A stretch of 64,000 nt of DNA from Vulcanimicrobiota bacterium (lineage in GTDB: Bacteria; Vulcanimicrobiota; Vulcanimicrobiia; Vulcanimicrobiales; Vulcanimicrobiaceae): contig OY968762.1 of assembly GCA_963695225.1 (NCBI GenBank), positions 128,001 to 192,000 on the forward strand, written 5' to 3'. A program made the position numbers and the translations under genes. Shown here in pieces: positions 1 through 12,567 of this stretch; the first letter of the stretch is position 1, and each line of letters opens with the position of its first letter. The notes under the pieces are model-generated. The model saw nothing but the letters and a program-made list of their open reading frames with translations, made no database searches and was not told where the DNA came from.

Positions 1-1213
1 TCTTGATCTCGTCTCCCGCTTCACCGAAGAGGCGGAGCGGCAAGCCCCGGAAGTAGACCGCGATCTCGGAATTCTTGCCGGCGAGCCGCTTCCCGCTGCG
101 CAGATAGAACGGCACGTCGGCCCAACGCCAGTTGTCTAGGAAGAGCTTGACGCAGGCGTACGTCTCGGTGTTCGAGCGCGGGTCGACGCTCGGCTCTTGG
201 CGATAGCCGAGGACCGGCTTCCCGTTGATGAGCCCCGGGCCGTATTGCCCGCGCGCCGTCATCTTCGGCACGTCCTCGCGTTTGATCGGGCGCAGCGCGG
301 AGAGCGCTTTGAATTTCTCGTCGCGGATCGCGTCGGCGGAGGCGGTCACGGGCGGCTCCATCGCGACGAGCGCGAGCAGATTCAGCACGTGGTTCTGGAT
401 CATGTCGCGGAGCGTCCCGGCGCCCTCGTAGTAGCCGCCGCGCCCTTCGACGCCGACCGTCTCGGCAGCGGTTATCTGCACGCAGTCGACGTAACGCCGG
501 TTCCAGAGCGGCTCGAAGATCATGTTCGCGAACCGCAGCGCCATGATGTCCTGCACGGGCTCCTTGCCGAGGTAGTGATCGATGCGGAAGATCTGGCGCT
601 CCTCGAACACCTGCGTGATCTCGGCCTGCAGGCCGCGCGCGCTTTCGAGGTCGCTGCCGAACGGCTTTTCGACGACGATTCGCGTCCAGCCGAGCGGGTT
701 GTTCTTCGGGCCGAGGCCCGCGGCATCGAGCTGCGCGACGATCTTCGTGAAGACGCCGGGCGGCGTCGAGAGGTAGAAGAGACGGTTCCCCTTCGTCCCG
801 AGCGTCGCGTCGTTCTGTTCCAATTGCGCTTTCAGGCGCCGGAACGTTTCCACGTCGTCGAACTCGCCGCCGACGTACGTCAGGCGCCGCGCGAATTCGC
901 TCCACCCGGGGTCCGTCGCGGCGCCGGAGCGCGAGAACGTATCGACCGAGGTCTTCACCTGCGCGCGGAAGTCGTCGTGCACGTACGGAGCGCGCGAGAA
1001 GCCGACGATCCCGAAGTTCGAGGGCAGCACGTTCTCGAGATACAGGTTGTACATCGCCGGGAAGAGCATGCGCTTCGCGAGATCTCCGGAGGCCCCGAAG
1101 AACACGATCGAACACGGTTCGGCGATCCGCAACGCGCCGTTCGTCCGGATTCCGTGGGAATCCGTCGTAACGGTCGCCGCTACGGCTGGGTTCGCCACGA
1201 GCGAATCGCTCAT
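1..1213 (-). CDS. zwf: glucose-6-phosphate 1-dehydrogenase (partial, runs off the left edge)
   Basis: Not in the ORF track. Manual translation from ATG 1213 gives ...IVFFGASGDLAKRMLFPAMY... and RIDHYLGKEPVQDIMALRFAN. ATGA overlap with the gnd stop. Confidence 0.95.
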   Translation of the reverse strand, partial: MSDSLVANPAVAATVTTDSHGIRTNGALRIAEPCSIVFFGASGDLAKRMLFPAMYNLYLENVLPSNFGIVGFSRAPYVHDDFRAQVKTSVDTFSRSGAATDPGWSEFARRLTYVGGEFDDVETFRRLKAQLEQNDATLGTKGNRLFYLSTPPGVFTKIVAQLDAAGLGPKNNPLGWTRIVVEKPFGSDLESARGLQAEITQVFEERQIFRIDHYLGKEPVQDIMALRFANMIFEPLWNRRYVDCVQITAAETVGVEGRGGYYEGAGTLRDMIQNHVLNLLALVAMEPPVTASADAIRDEKFKALSALRPIKREDVPKMTARGQYGPGLINGKPVLGYRQEPSVDPRSNTETYACVKLFLDNWRWADVPFYLRSGKRLAGKNSEIAVYFRGLPLRLFGEAGDEIK

Positions 1214-2130
1214 CCGTGCGCCGCCGGCGCCGGGCTCTCCGGTTTGATCGCGTGTCCGCCGAACTGGTTTCTCAGCGCCGCGATCACTTTCGCGCTGAAC
1301 GACTCGTCTTGCCGCGAGGCGAAGCGCGAGAGGAGCGCGAGCGTAATCACCGGCGCCGGAACGCTCTCGTCGATCGCCGCTTGCACGGTCCAGCGCCCTT
1401 CGCCGGAATCCTCGACGTAGCCGCGGATCGCGGTGAGTTTGGGATCCTCGCGCAACGCGATCTCCGCGAGCTCGAGCAACCAGGAACGAACGACGCTGCC
1501 GTGGAGCCACAGTTCGGCGAGCCGATGGAGATCGTATTCGTACGGAGATTTCTCGAGGATTTCGAAGCCCTCGCCGTAGGCCGCGAGCAGGCCGTACTCG
1601 ATCCCGTTGTGGACCATCTTCGAAAAATGGCCGGCGCCGCTCGGCCCGACGTGCGCGTAACCGTTCGGCGGCGCAAGCGTCGTGAAGACCGGCTCGCAGC
1701 GTTTCACCGCCGCTTCGTCTCCCCCGACCATCAGGCAGAAGCCGTTTTCGAGCCCCCACACCCCGCCGCTCGTTCCGGCGTCGATGAAATCTATGCCGTG
1801 CTCCTTCGCGGCGGCGTGGCGCGCCGTCGAATCCTTGTAGTTCGAGTTGCCTCCGTCGATGAGCGCGTCGCCCGGCGCGAGCAAGCGGAGCAACGTCGCG
1901 ACCGTCTCTTCCGTCGGCTTCCCGGAGGGAACCATCAACCAGACCGCGCGCGGCGGGGCGAGCTTCGCCACCAGAGCTTCGAGCGAATGCGCTCCGACCG
2001 CTCCGCCCGCCGCAGCCTTCGCGACGTTCGGGGGATTGCGATCGAACGCGACGACTTCGTGCCCGCCGCGCACGAGCCGCGTCGTCATGTTCGCGCCCAT
2101 GCGCCCTAGCCCGACCATCCCGAGTTGCAT
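1210..2130 (-). CDS. gnd: 6-phosphogluconate dehydrogenase, decarboxylating (short type)
   Basis: MQLGMVGLGRMG, DGGNS, SKMVHNGIEYG, DSGEGRW and ALRNQFGGH motifs. Confidence 0.95.
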   Translation of the reverse strand: MQLGMVGLGRMGANMTTRLVRGGHEVVAFDRNPPNVAKAAAGGAVGAHSLEALVAKLAPPRAVWLMVPSGKPTEETVATLLRLLAPGDALIDGGNSNYKDSTARHAAAKEHGIDFIDAGTSGGVWGLENGFCLMVGGDEAAVKRCEPVFTTLAPPNGYAHVGPSGAGHFSKMVHNGIEYGLLAAYGEGFEILEKSPYEYDLHRLAELWLHGSVVRSWLLELAEIALREDPKLTAIRGYVEDSGEGRWTVQAAIDESVPAPVITLALLSRFASRQDESFSAKVIAALRNQFGGHAIKPESPAPAAHG

Positions 2131-2230
2131 GCGCTCTCCCACGTCCCGTGCGACCGGGACCACCTCAATGACCGCCGGTTACGCACGGAAAGTTCCAAAG
2201 AGAGGCGATTGCGCCGGTCCGGCGCCCCGC

Positions 2231-5065
<2,835 letters not shown>

Positions 5066-5150
5066 GTTCCTGCGGACGCGCGCCGCGCCGTCCGATCCCT
5101 TTCTTACCTTCGAATGTACCCGGCGCGGCGAGGAAGCGCTGCTTCCGACG

Positions 5151-7142
5151 TCAGGTTCGGGTCAAAAGTCCCGCCGCGACTTCGGCAACCCGTTCGGGGA
5201 CGAAGCCGAAAGCCTTCGCGAGATCGCCCGCAGGAGCCGACGCGCCGAAGCGGTCGAGCGCGACGACCGCACCGCGGTCCCCCGTCCAACGTTCCCAGCC
5301 GAACGAGGCCGCAGCCTCGACCGCGACGCGCGCGCCGACGCCCGGCGGGATGACCGAATCGCGATAGGCGCGATCTTGCTGCTCGAAATACTCCCAGCAT
5401 GGCATCGAGACGACGCGCGCGCGCGTCCCGTTCCCTTCTAGAAGCTTCGCCGCCTCGACCGCGAGGCTCACTTCGGAGCCCGTGGCGATCAAGACGACGT
5501 CGGGCGTTCCATCGCCGCCGTAGACGACGTAGGCGCCGCGGGCGACGTCGGCCTGGCGATCCCCGAGATAGGGAACCTTCTGGCGCGTGAGGATGAGCGC
5601 GGTCGGCCCTTCCGCCGAGATCGCGCACTTCCAGGCTTCTACCGTCTCGAGCGCGTCGGCCGGGCGGATCACGGCGAGGTTCGGCGTCGCGCGCAGCGAG
5701 GCGAGTTGCTCGACGGGCTGGTGCGTCGGCCCGTCTTCGCCGAGGTAGAACGAATCGTGCGTGAAGACGAAGACCACCTTGAGATGCGAGAGCGCCGCGA
5801 GCCGCACCGACGGCTTCATGTAGTCGACGAAATTGAAGAACGTCGCCGTGTACGGGAGCAGGCCGCCGTGCAGCGCGATGCCGTTCGCCGCCGCGCCCAT
5901 CGCATGCTCGCGCACGCCGTAGTGCACGTTCCGCCCGGCGTAGGAGCCCGGCTCGAAATCGCCCTGCCCTTTCAAGTAGGTCTCGGTCGACGGATCGAGA
6001 TCGGCCGATCCGCCCATCAGTTCGGGTAACGCCGCGGCGATCGCGTTCATCGTCTGGCCGCCGACGATCCGGGTCATCGCCGAGCCGTTCTCGGCCGTGA
6101 TCGCGGGCCAAGGGAGCGAGGCGGGGAGTTTGCCTTCCAGGATGCGCTCGTATTGCGCGGCGAGCGCCGGGTTCGCGGCTTTCCAGGCGGCGTAGGTCGC
6201 ATTCCAGGCGGCGTGCGCGTTCGCGCCGCGCGCGCCGTTCGCGCGCCACCACGCGAGAACGTCGTCGGGGACGAAGAACGCCGGCTCCACCGGCCAGCCG
6301 AGCTTCTCTTTCGTGAGCTTCACGTTGTCGGCGCCGAGCGGCGAGCCGTGCGAGCTCGCGCTATCCTGCTTGGGCGATCCGTAGCCGATGTGCGTGCGGA
6401 CGAGGATCAGCGAGGGCTTCGCCGTCTGGGCCCGCGCATTCGAAATCGCGGCATCGATCGCGGCGACGTCGTTGCCCTCTTCGATCGGGACCGTCTGCGT
6501 GTGCCAGCCGTAGGCTTCGAAACGCTTTGCGACGTCTTCCGTGAAGGTGACGCTCGTCGGGCCCGCGAGCGAGATCTGGTTGTCGTCGTAGAGCACGATC
6601 AGTTTGCCGAGCCCCAGGTGCCCGGCGAGCGAGGCCGCTTCCGCCGCGACGCCCTCCATCAGATCGCCGTCGCTCGCGAGGCAGTACGTGTAATGGTCGA
6701 CGAGCGCGTGTTGCGGCGTGTTGTAGATCGCCGCCAAATGCGCCTCCGCGATCGCCATGCCCACGCAGGTCGAGATGCCTTGGCCGAGCGGGCCGGTCGT
6801 CGCCTCGACGCCGGGCGTCAGATGGACTTCCGGATGGCCGGGCGTCGTGCTGTCGAGCTGACGGAAAGCCTTGAGATCGTCGAGCGAGACGCCGTACCCC
6901 GTCAAGTGCAGCAGCGCGTACAACAGCATCGAGCCGTGACCGGCGGAGAGGACGAAGCGGTCGCGATCGAACCAGTGCGGGTCGGCCGGATCGAACTTCA
7001 GGTGCCGCGTCCACAGCGCGTACGCCATGGCGGCGGCGCCGAGCGGCAACCCGGGATGCCCCGAGTTCGCCTTCTGGATCGCGTCGACCGCGAGGAAACG
7101 GATGGCGTTGATGCGGCGTTCGTCGTCGGCAGGTGTGGGCAC
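5151..7142 (-). CDS. tkt: transketolase
   Basis: [30 protein letters not shown] and GEDGPTHQP motifs. Confidence 0.97.
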   Translation of the reverse strand: MPTPADDERRINAIRFLAVDAIQKANSGHPGLPLGAAAMAYALWTRHLKFDPADPHWFDRDRFVLSAGHGSMLLYALLHLTGYGVSLDDLKAFRQLDSTTPGHPEVHLTPGVEATTGPLGQGISTCVGMAIAEAHLAAIYNTPQHALVDHYTYCLASDGDLMEGVAAEAASLAGHLGLGKLIVLYDDNQISLAGPTSVTFTEDVAKRFEAYGWHTQTVPIEEGNDVAAIDAAISNARAQTAKPSLILVRTHIGYGSPKQDSASSHGSPLGADNVKLTKEKLGWPVEPAFFVPDDVLAWWRANGARGANAHAAWNATYAAWKAANPALAAQYERILEGKLPASLPWPAITAENGSAMTRIVGGQTMNAIAAALPELMGGSADLDPSTETYLKGQGDFEPGSYAGRNVHYGVREHAMGAAANGIALHGGLLPYTATFFNFVDYMKPSVRLAALSHLKVVFVFTHDSFYLGEDGPTHQPVEQLASLRATPNLAVIRPADALETVEAWKCAISAEGPTALILTRQKVPYLGDRQADVARGAYVVYGGDGTPDVVLIATGSEVSLAVEAAKLLEGNGTRARVVSMPCWEYFEQQDRAYRDSVIPPGVGARVAVEAAASFGWERWTGDRGAVVALDRFGASAPAGDLAKAFGFVPERVAEVAAGLLTRT

Positions 7143-7232
7143 GCGGTCCTCCTGGGTGTGGGGTGGCTCGCTTCCTTCGCCGTCGGCGCCCGGTCTCCCC
7201 GATAAAAGTCACACTTGTGTTCGCTGCTCGGG

Positions 7233-7871
7233 TCAGCTTTGGGGATGCAGGAGCGGACTCTCGGTGAGGCCGTTCAGCATGAACTGGACGGCGAGGGCGG
7301 CGAGGATGATGCCGAGCAGGCGCGTCACGACGTGGATTCCGGTGCTGCCGACGATTCGGAGCAGCATCGACGCGCCGCGCATGCAGAGCCACGTCGCCAG
7401 GAGCGCGATGCCGAACGCCGCGTACACGACGGCGATCTTCGCGGTGTCGCCGCGGGCGAGGCCCGTCAGGAGCAAGACGGTCGCGATCGTTCCGGGCCCC
7501 GCGATCATCGGCACCGCGAGCGGGAAGACGGCCGCGTCCTCGTGCTCGGCGGCCTCCCGTTCTTCCTCGTCGGTGCGCTTCGCGCCGGTCTTGCGCGCGA
7601 ACAGCATATCGATCGAGATCAGCAGGAGCAGGATGCCGCCCGCGATCGTGAACGCCGGGAGGGTGATCCCGAGGTATTCGAGCAGCGATTTCCCGAGCAG
7701 CCCCATGAACAGGATGACCGCCGACGCGACGACGATCGCGCGGTCCACGACCCGCGCGCGCATGTTCGGCGCGGCGCCGGCCGTCGCGCTGAGCGAGAGC
7801 GGGATCATGCCGACCGGATCGATGATCGTTAACGCCGTCGCCAGCGCCGTCGCCGCAAACTTCCAGTCCAT
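7233..7871 (-). CDS. MarC family membrane protein
   Basis: IIDPVG, FTIAGGILL, VFPLAVPMIAGPGTI, TRLLGIILAALAVQF. Confidence 0.92.
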   Translation of the reverse strand: MDWKFAATALATALTIIDPVGMIPLSLSATAGAAPNMRARVVDRAIVVASAVILFMGLLGKSLLEYLGITLPAFTIAGGILLLLISIDMLFARKTGAKRTDEEEREAAEHEDAAVFPLAVPMIAGPGTIATVLLLTGLARGDTAKIAVVYAAFGIALLATWLCMRGASMLLRIVGSTGIHVVTRLLGIILAALAVQFMLNGLTESPLLHPQS

Positions 7872-7949
7872 CGTGCCTTCCCTGCAACCTCGACGCGGCG
7901 GAAGCCTCCCGCGAAGGAGATTGCCCGTCGAGCGCCTGACCCACCCGGC

Positions 7950-8807
7950 ATGCCTTCACACGAACTCGAGTCTCGCATCGCCGCGCTCGTCGCCGATCCC
8001 GCTTCCGTCACGGGTCCGGCGGGCGGCGCCGTCGACGAGACGATCGCGGCGCTCGATTCGGGCGCGCTGCGCGTCTGCGAGCCGGCCGGCGACGGTTGGG
8101 TCACGCACGCCTGGATCAAGCAGGCGATCCTGCTCTATTTCAGGCGCATGACGAACGTGCGGATCGCGCCGCCGATCGCGAGGGGCGACGACGCGACGGC
8201 GCTGCGCGGGATCCCGCCCTCGTATTTCGACAAGCTGCCCACCAAGCGCAACTACGAAGCGCTCGGCGTGCGCTGCGTCCCGCCGGGGACCGCGCGATAC
8301 GGCTCGTTTCTCGGGCGCGGCGCGATCCTGATGCCGGGGTACGTCAACATCGGAGCTTACGTCGACGAGCGTTCGATGGTCGACACCTGGGCGACGGTCG
8401 GCTCGTGCGCGCAGATCGGGAAGGACGTGCATCTCTCCGGCGGCGTCGGGATCGGCGGCGTCCTCGAGCCGCCGCAAGCGCAGCCCGTCGTGATCGAGGA
8501 CGGCGCGTTCGTCGGCTCCCGCGCGATCGTCGTCGAAGGCGTGTTCGTCGGACGCGAAGCGGTCCTCGGTGCGGGCGTCGTGTTGACCGCGAGCACGCCG
8601 ATCGTCGACGTCCGCGGGAGCGAGCCGCGCGTCACGAAGGGCCGCATCGAGCCGCGCTCCGTCGTCATCCCGGGAACGTTGCCCAAACGCTTCCCCGCCG
8701 GCGAATTCGGCGTGCCCTGCGCGCTCGTCATCGGCGAACGGAGCGCCTCGACGGACCGCAAGACTTCGCTCGAATCCGCAATCCGCGATTACGGGCTCGC
8801 CTTGTGA
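7950..8807 (+). CDS. dapD: tetrahydrodipicolinate N-succinyltransferase
   Basis: WIKQAILLYFR, VNIGAYVDERSMVDTWATVGSCAQIG and GGVLEPPQA. Confidence 0.95.
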   Translation: MPSHELESRIAALVADPASVTGPAGGAVDETIAALDSGALRVCEPAGDGWVTHAWIKQAILLYFRRMTNVRIAPPIARGDDATALRGIPPSYFDKLPTKRNYEALGVRCVPPGTARYGSFLGRGAILMPGYVNIGAYVDERSMVDTWATVGSCAQIGKDVHLSGGVGIGGVLEPPQAQPVVIEDGAFVGSRAIVVEGVFVGREAVLGAGVVLTASTPIVDVRGSEPRVTKGRIEPRSVVIPGTLPKRFPAGEFGVPCALVIGERSASTDRKTSLESAIRDYGLAL

Positions 8808-9925
8808 ATCCGGCGATCGCCGCCGTCCCCGGCTCGCAGATCCGCGCGCTCAACGCGCGCAAGAATGCGAGCTCGATCGATCTCGGCCTCGGCCAGCCGA
8901 CGCTTCGGCCCGGCATCGAACGGTTTGAACGCGCGACGGCGTGGGTTGCCCAACACGGCTGCGGCTATTCGCTCACGCTGGGGGACGTCGATCTACGCGA
9001 GCGGATCGCGGCGCACTACGCCTACCCGTGGCTCGCCTCGCGCGAGAACGTCTGCGTGACGACCGGTTCGCAAGAAGCGTTGTACGTCACGCTCAAGACG
9101 CTGCTCGATCCGGCGCTCGACGAACTCCTGATCGTCGAGCCTTCGTTCCTCGTCTACGGGAAGATCGCGCGCGTCGAAGGGATCGTCGCGCGCACGGTCG
9201 GGCTCGATCCGGCCGACGGTTTCGCGTTCGACGCGCAACGCATCCTTGCCGCGCTGACGCCGCGGACGCGGATGATCGTGATCTGTTCGCCGTGCAATCC
9301 CACGGGCCGGACGATCTCGCGCGAAGCGGTCGAGACGATTTCGCGCGCGCTCCTCGAGCGGCCCGGAGAGCCCGTCTGGGTGTTGCACGACGAGATCTAT
9401 CGCGAACTCTCGTACGCGCAAGACGAGGGGTTTTTCGCGCGCCGATATCCGTATGCGATCTCGATTAATTCGCTCTCGAAGAGCAACGCGCTGACGGGGC
9501 TGCGCCTGGGCTGGGTGATGGCGCCGGCCGAGGCGATTGGCCAGATCTCGAAGATGCACGGCTGGGCCACGTCCTGCGCGAGCACGTTCGCGCAACGCGT
9601 CGCCAACGACGTGTTCGAGCGCGAGGCGCTCGGCGAGCATCGCGCGTGGTATGCGAAACAACGGGACGGCGCGCTCGAATCGGCGCGCGCAGCCGGCCTC
9701 GAAGTCGTTCCGCCGGACGGCGCGTTCTATCTGTTCGCGAACGTCGGCGAGGAGTCGACCGCGTTCGCGGAACGGCTCCTGGCGGAGCACGACGTGGTCG
9801 CTATCCCCGGCGGCATCTTCGGGGAAACCGGTGCGACGTGGCTGCGTACGAGCTTCGTCGCGCCGCTCGAGCGCGTTCGCGAAGGGCTGCGCCGGATACG
9901 CGCGGCGATGGTCGCCCCGGCCTAG
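8804..9925 (+). CDS. PLP-dependent aminotransferase class I/II (candidate DapC-like)
   Basis: GTG start overlaps the dapD stop; PCNPTG, DEIY and SLSKSNALTGLRLGW motifs. Confidence 0.88.
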   Translation: MNPAIAAVPGSQIRALNARKNASSIDLGLGQPTLRPGIERFERATAWVAQHGCGYSLTLGDVDLRERIAAHYAYPWLASRENVCVTTGSQEALYVTLKTLLDPALDELLIVEPSFLVYGKIARVEGIVARTVGLDPADGFAFDAQRILAALTPRTRMIVICSPCNPTGRTISREAVETISRALLERPGEPVWVLHDEIYRELSYAQDEGFFARRYPYAISINSLSKSNALTGLRLGWVMAPAEAIGQISKMHGWATSCASTFAQRVANDVFEREALGEHRAWYAKQRDGALESARAAGLEVVPPDGAFYLFANVGEESTAFAERLLAEHDVVAIPGGIFGETGATWLRTSFVAPLERVREGLRRIRAAMVAPA

Positions 9926-9953
9926 GAACTCCCAGGACCGCCTCGCGGCCTTG

Positions 9954-10706
9954 CTACTTCGGGCGCGTGCGCGCTGCGAAGCGGAGGCGGACGTAATCGG
10001 CGGTCCATCGGCCGCTGCCGTCCTGCAGGCTTGGGGCGAGCAGGGCCGCCGCGTCCTCGACGATCTCGTCGCGGGCCGAGCAGTCGAGATCGTGGACGAA
10101 CGGCTGCGCGAACGTTTCGAACCAGCCGCGGATCCCGGTTGTGAGCCGGGTCGGCCGCGCAAACATGCCGATCGAGATCAGCTCGAAGTCATGCGATTCG
10201 AGCTTGATCGCGTATTCCTCGGAGGTCGGGAAATACCAGGGAAAGCGCGCGCGGAAATCGATCCCTCGCGACCGGAGCGCGGCGTGCAGCGCGGTGCAGA
10301 TCGCCGCGACGTTGCCGTGTCCGCCGAATTCGGCGACGAAGCGGCCGCCGGGGCGCAAGGCACGCCGTACGCCCGCCAGGACGGCATCCGGATCGAGCAT
10401 CCAATGCAACGCCGCATTCGAGAAGACGGCGTCGAATTCGGCCGTAAACGTCAGATCCTCGCCGCGCATCACGCGCGCGTCCAAGCCGCGCGCCGCAGCG
10501 ACCGCAATCATCTCCGGGGAACTGTCGACGGCCACGATACTGGCGCCGCTTTCGGCGAGGCGCGCCGTCAGCGCGCCGTCGCCGCAGCCGAGATCGAGAA
10601 TGCGCTCGTGGGGGCGCGGGCTCAGCAGATCGGCGACCGGCACGCCGAGTTCCGGGACGAAGCTTGCGTGCCGCGCATAGGTCTTGGGGTTCCAGACGTG
10701 CGTCAC
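9954..10706 (-). CDS. class I SAM-dependent methyltransferase (Tam-like)
   Basis: ILDLGCGDG, FDAVFSNAALHW, W.ADYVRLRF. Confidence 0.9.
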   Translation of the reverse strand: MTHVWNPKTYARHASFVPELGVPVADLLSPRPHERILDLGCGDGALTARLAESGASIVAVDSSPEMIAVAAARGLDARVMRGEDLTFTAEFDAVFSNAALHWMLDPDAVLAGVRRALRPGGRFVAEFGGHGNVAAICTALHAALRSRGIDFRARFPWYFPTSEEYAIKLESHDFELISIGMFARPTRLTTGIRGWFETFAQPFVHDLDCSARDEIVEDAAALLAPSLQDGSGRWTADYVRLRFAARTRPK

Positions 10707-10816
10707 GAACTCACGTCCGTTTGGCCGGCAACTTGCGAAGGAAGCGCTGCGTGCGCTCCTCGCGTGGAGCCGTAAACAGGTCGCGCGCGGCTCCTGCTTC
10801 GACGAATACGCACCGC

Positions 10817-12055
10817 TTAAGCCTGCTGCTGCGCGAGGAGTTGCTGCGCGAGATCGTCGTTTGCGGCGGCGACGGCGGCGAACGTAACGCTCGGATCAGG
10901 GACGAGCAGCGGGGTGCGCAGCGTGCGGTCGCGCACGACGCCGCCGGCCTCGTGGATGATCGCGAGCGGACCGGCGAGATCGTGCACGTGGATCACCGGC
11001 CGGTGCGTCGCAACGAACGCCGCGAGCGAACCGTCGGCGACGTGGCACAGATCGAGCGCCGTGCTTCCGCTGATCCGGAGGCGTTGCACGCCGGGAAGCG
11101 GCGCGAGCACGCTGCCGTTCGGGCTCGCGGAGCCCGCGAGCTTACCCGCCCGCACGCGAATCGGGCGGCCGTCGAGCCGGGCGCCTTCGCCCTGCGCGGC
11201 CCACCAGCGGCGTTCGCTCGTCAGATCCGCGACGAAGCCGGCGATCGCGCGCCCGTCGCGAACGAGCCCCATCGCGACCGCGTAGGCCGGATAGCCGTTC
11301 ACGAAGTTCCTGCTGCCGTCGAGCGGATCGAGCGAGATCCACGGCTGTGAGGGATCGACCGCGCGGTCTCCGATCAAGCCCGATTCCTCGCTGACGATCG
11401 GGAAGCCGAGCGCGGCGAGTTCGCGGACGGCGGCCCGCTCGGCCGCTGCGTCGGCCGCTTCCGTCGGTGCGCCGTCGGCGCCGATCCCGATCGGATCGAA
11501 CCCCGCGAGCCCGGCGAGCGCCGCCTGGACGGCGCTCGCGGCGCGCGCCGCGGCGGCGAGGAAGCGGCGTTCCGGCGTCTCCTGGGGCGCCTGCTCCGAG
11601 GGTAGCTCCCGCCGGAAGCGCGCGGCCGTCGAAAGTTCGGTGAAGCCGTGCGAACGGTAGAAGGCGTGCGCGTCCAAGCGCCACGACGAGCTTTCGACGA
11701 CGATCGCCGCGCAGCCCAAGAGCGCGGCTTCGCGCTCGATCGCGGCCGCTAGAAGGCCGCCGACGCCGCTGCGCCGTTCTTCCGGTGCGATCGCGAGCGC
11801 GCCGAGCCAGCCTTCCCGGCAATCGTGCAGCGTCGAGGGGCGCGCTTGCAACTCCGCATAGCCGACGATCGCCCCCTCCCGGTCTGCCACGAGCGCGCGC
11901 GCGTTCGAATCGGCCAGCACGGCGCCGAAGACGCGCAGCGGATCGTCGCCCGCAGCGACGTCCTCGTGGCCGCCCATCGCCGCGATCAACTGCAGGATCG
12001 CCGCTCGATCGTCCCAGCGTGCCGGACGGACGCGAACTGCGGTCAGCGTCGTCAC
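10817..12055 (-). CDS. GNAT acetyltransferase (PhnO-like) fused to an inositol monophosphatase family domain
   Basis: N-terminal RRSGVGGLL...DAHAFYRSHGF; C-terminal SEESG, WISLDPLDGSRNF, HDLAG. GTGA overlap with the HD gene. Confidence 0.85.
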   Translation of the reverse strand: MTTLTAVRVRPARWDDRAAILQLIAAMGGHEDVAAGDDPLRVFGAVLADSNARALVADREGAIVGYAELQARPSTLHDCREGWLGALAIAPEERRSGVGGLLAAAIEREAALLGCAAIVVESSSWRLDAHAFYRSHGFTELSTAARFRRELPSEQAPQETPERRFLAAAARAASAVQAALAGLAGFDPIGIGADGAPTEAADAAAERAAVRELAALGFPIVSEESGLIGDRAVDPSQPWISLDPLDGSRNFVNGYPAYAVAMGLVRDGRAIAGFVADLTSERRWWAAQGEGARLDGRPIRVRAGKLAGSASPNGSVLAPLPGVQRLRISGSTALDLCHVADGSLAAFVATHRPVIHVHDLAGPLAIIHEAGGVVRDRTLRTPLLVPDPSVTFAAVAAANDDLAQQLLAQQQA

Positions 12056-12567
12056 TGCGCGCACACTGCGGCGATCTCGCCGATCGAAGGAGCCGGGCCG
12101 CCGGGGATCTTCGCCGCGTCGTCCCAGCGGCGCAACGCGATCGCTTCGGCGAACCAGCGATGTTTCTCGAACGCCGCCGCCTCGCGCGCGTCCATCGGGC
12201 CGCCTTGGTGCTGGAGCGTCGTCCGCGAACGCGGGCTCAAGCGCGAATCGTGCCCTTCGGCGAAGACGAGATAGCGCTTCGCGTCGACGTGCGCGCGGAC
12301 GAGCCAGGTCGCGCGGTCGCTCGCGAAATACGCGACGAAGCGCGCCCCGGATTCTTCGTGCGGCAGATCCGGATACCGCCCGCGCACGAGGTCCGTGTAC
12401 CCGATATCGTGCAGCGCGGCGGCCAGCACGATGTCGCTCTCGGAGCCCGCCGCGAGCGCCGCGCCCGCGGTCTGCAACGCGTGCTCGAGCTGATCGACGG
12501 GCTCGCCGAGAAGCGGAACGTCCGCGAAGCTCGCGATGATCTCGTGCAACGCGTGTCGCGACATCAT
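12052..12567 (-). CDS. phnZ: PhnZ-like HD-domain phosphonate oxygenase
   Basis: GEPVDQLEHALQ, LHDIG, HEESGA, HVDAKRYL, LSPRSRTTLQHQGGPM, LRRWDDAAK. ATGA overlap with phnM. Confidence 0.8.
   Translation of the reverse strand: MMSRHALHEIIASFADVPLLGEPVDQLEHALQTAGAALAAGSESDIVLAAALHDIGYTDLVRGRYPDLPHEESGARFVAYFASDRATWLVRAHVDAKRYLVFAEGHDSRLSPRSRTTLQHQGGPMDAREAAAFEKHRWFAEAIALRRWDDAAKIPGGPAPSIGEIAAVCAQ

Noticed and set aside
9954..10706. Methyltransferase as part of the phn pathway
   Set aside because: It is separated by a 110-nt gap, unlike the tightly coupled phn genes, and belongs to a generic widespread family.
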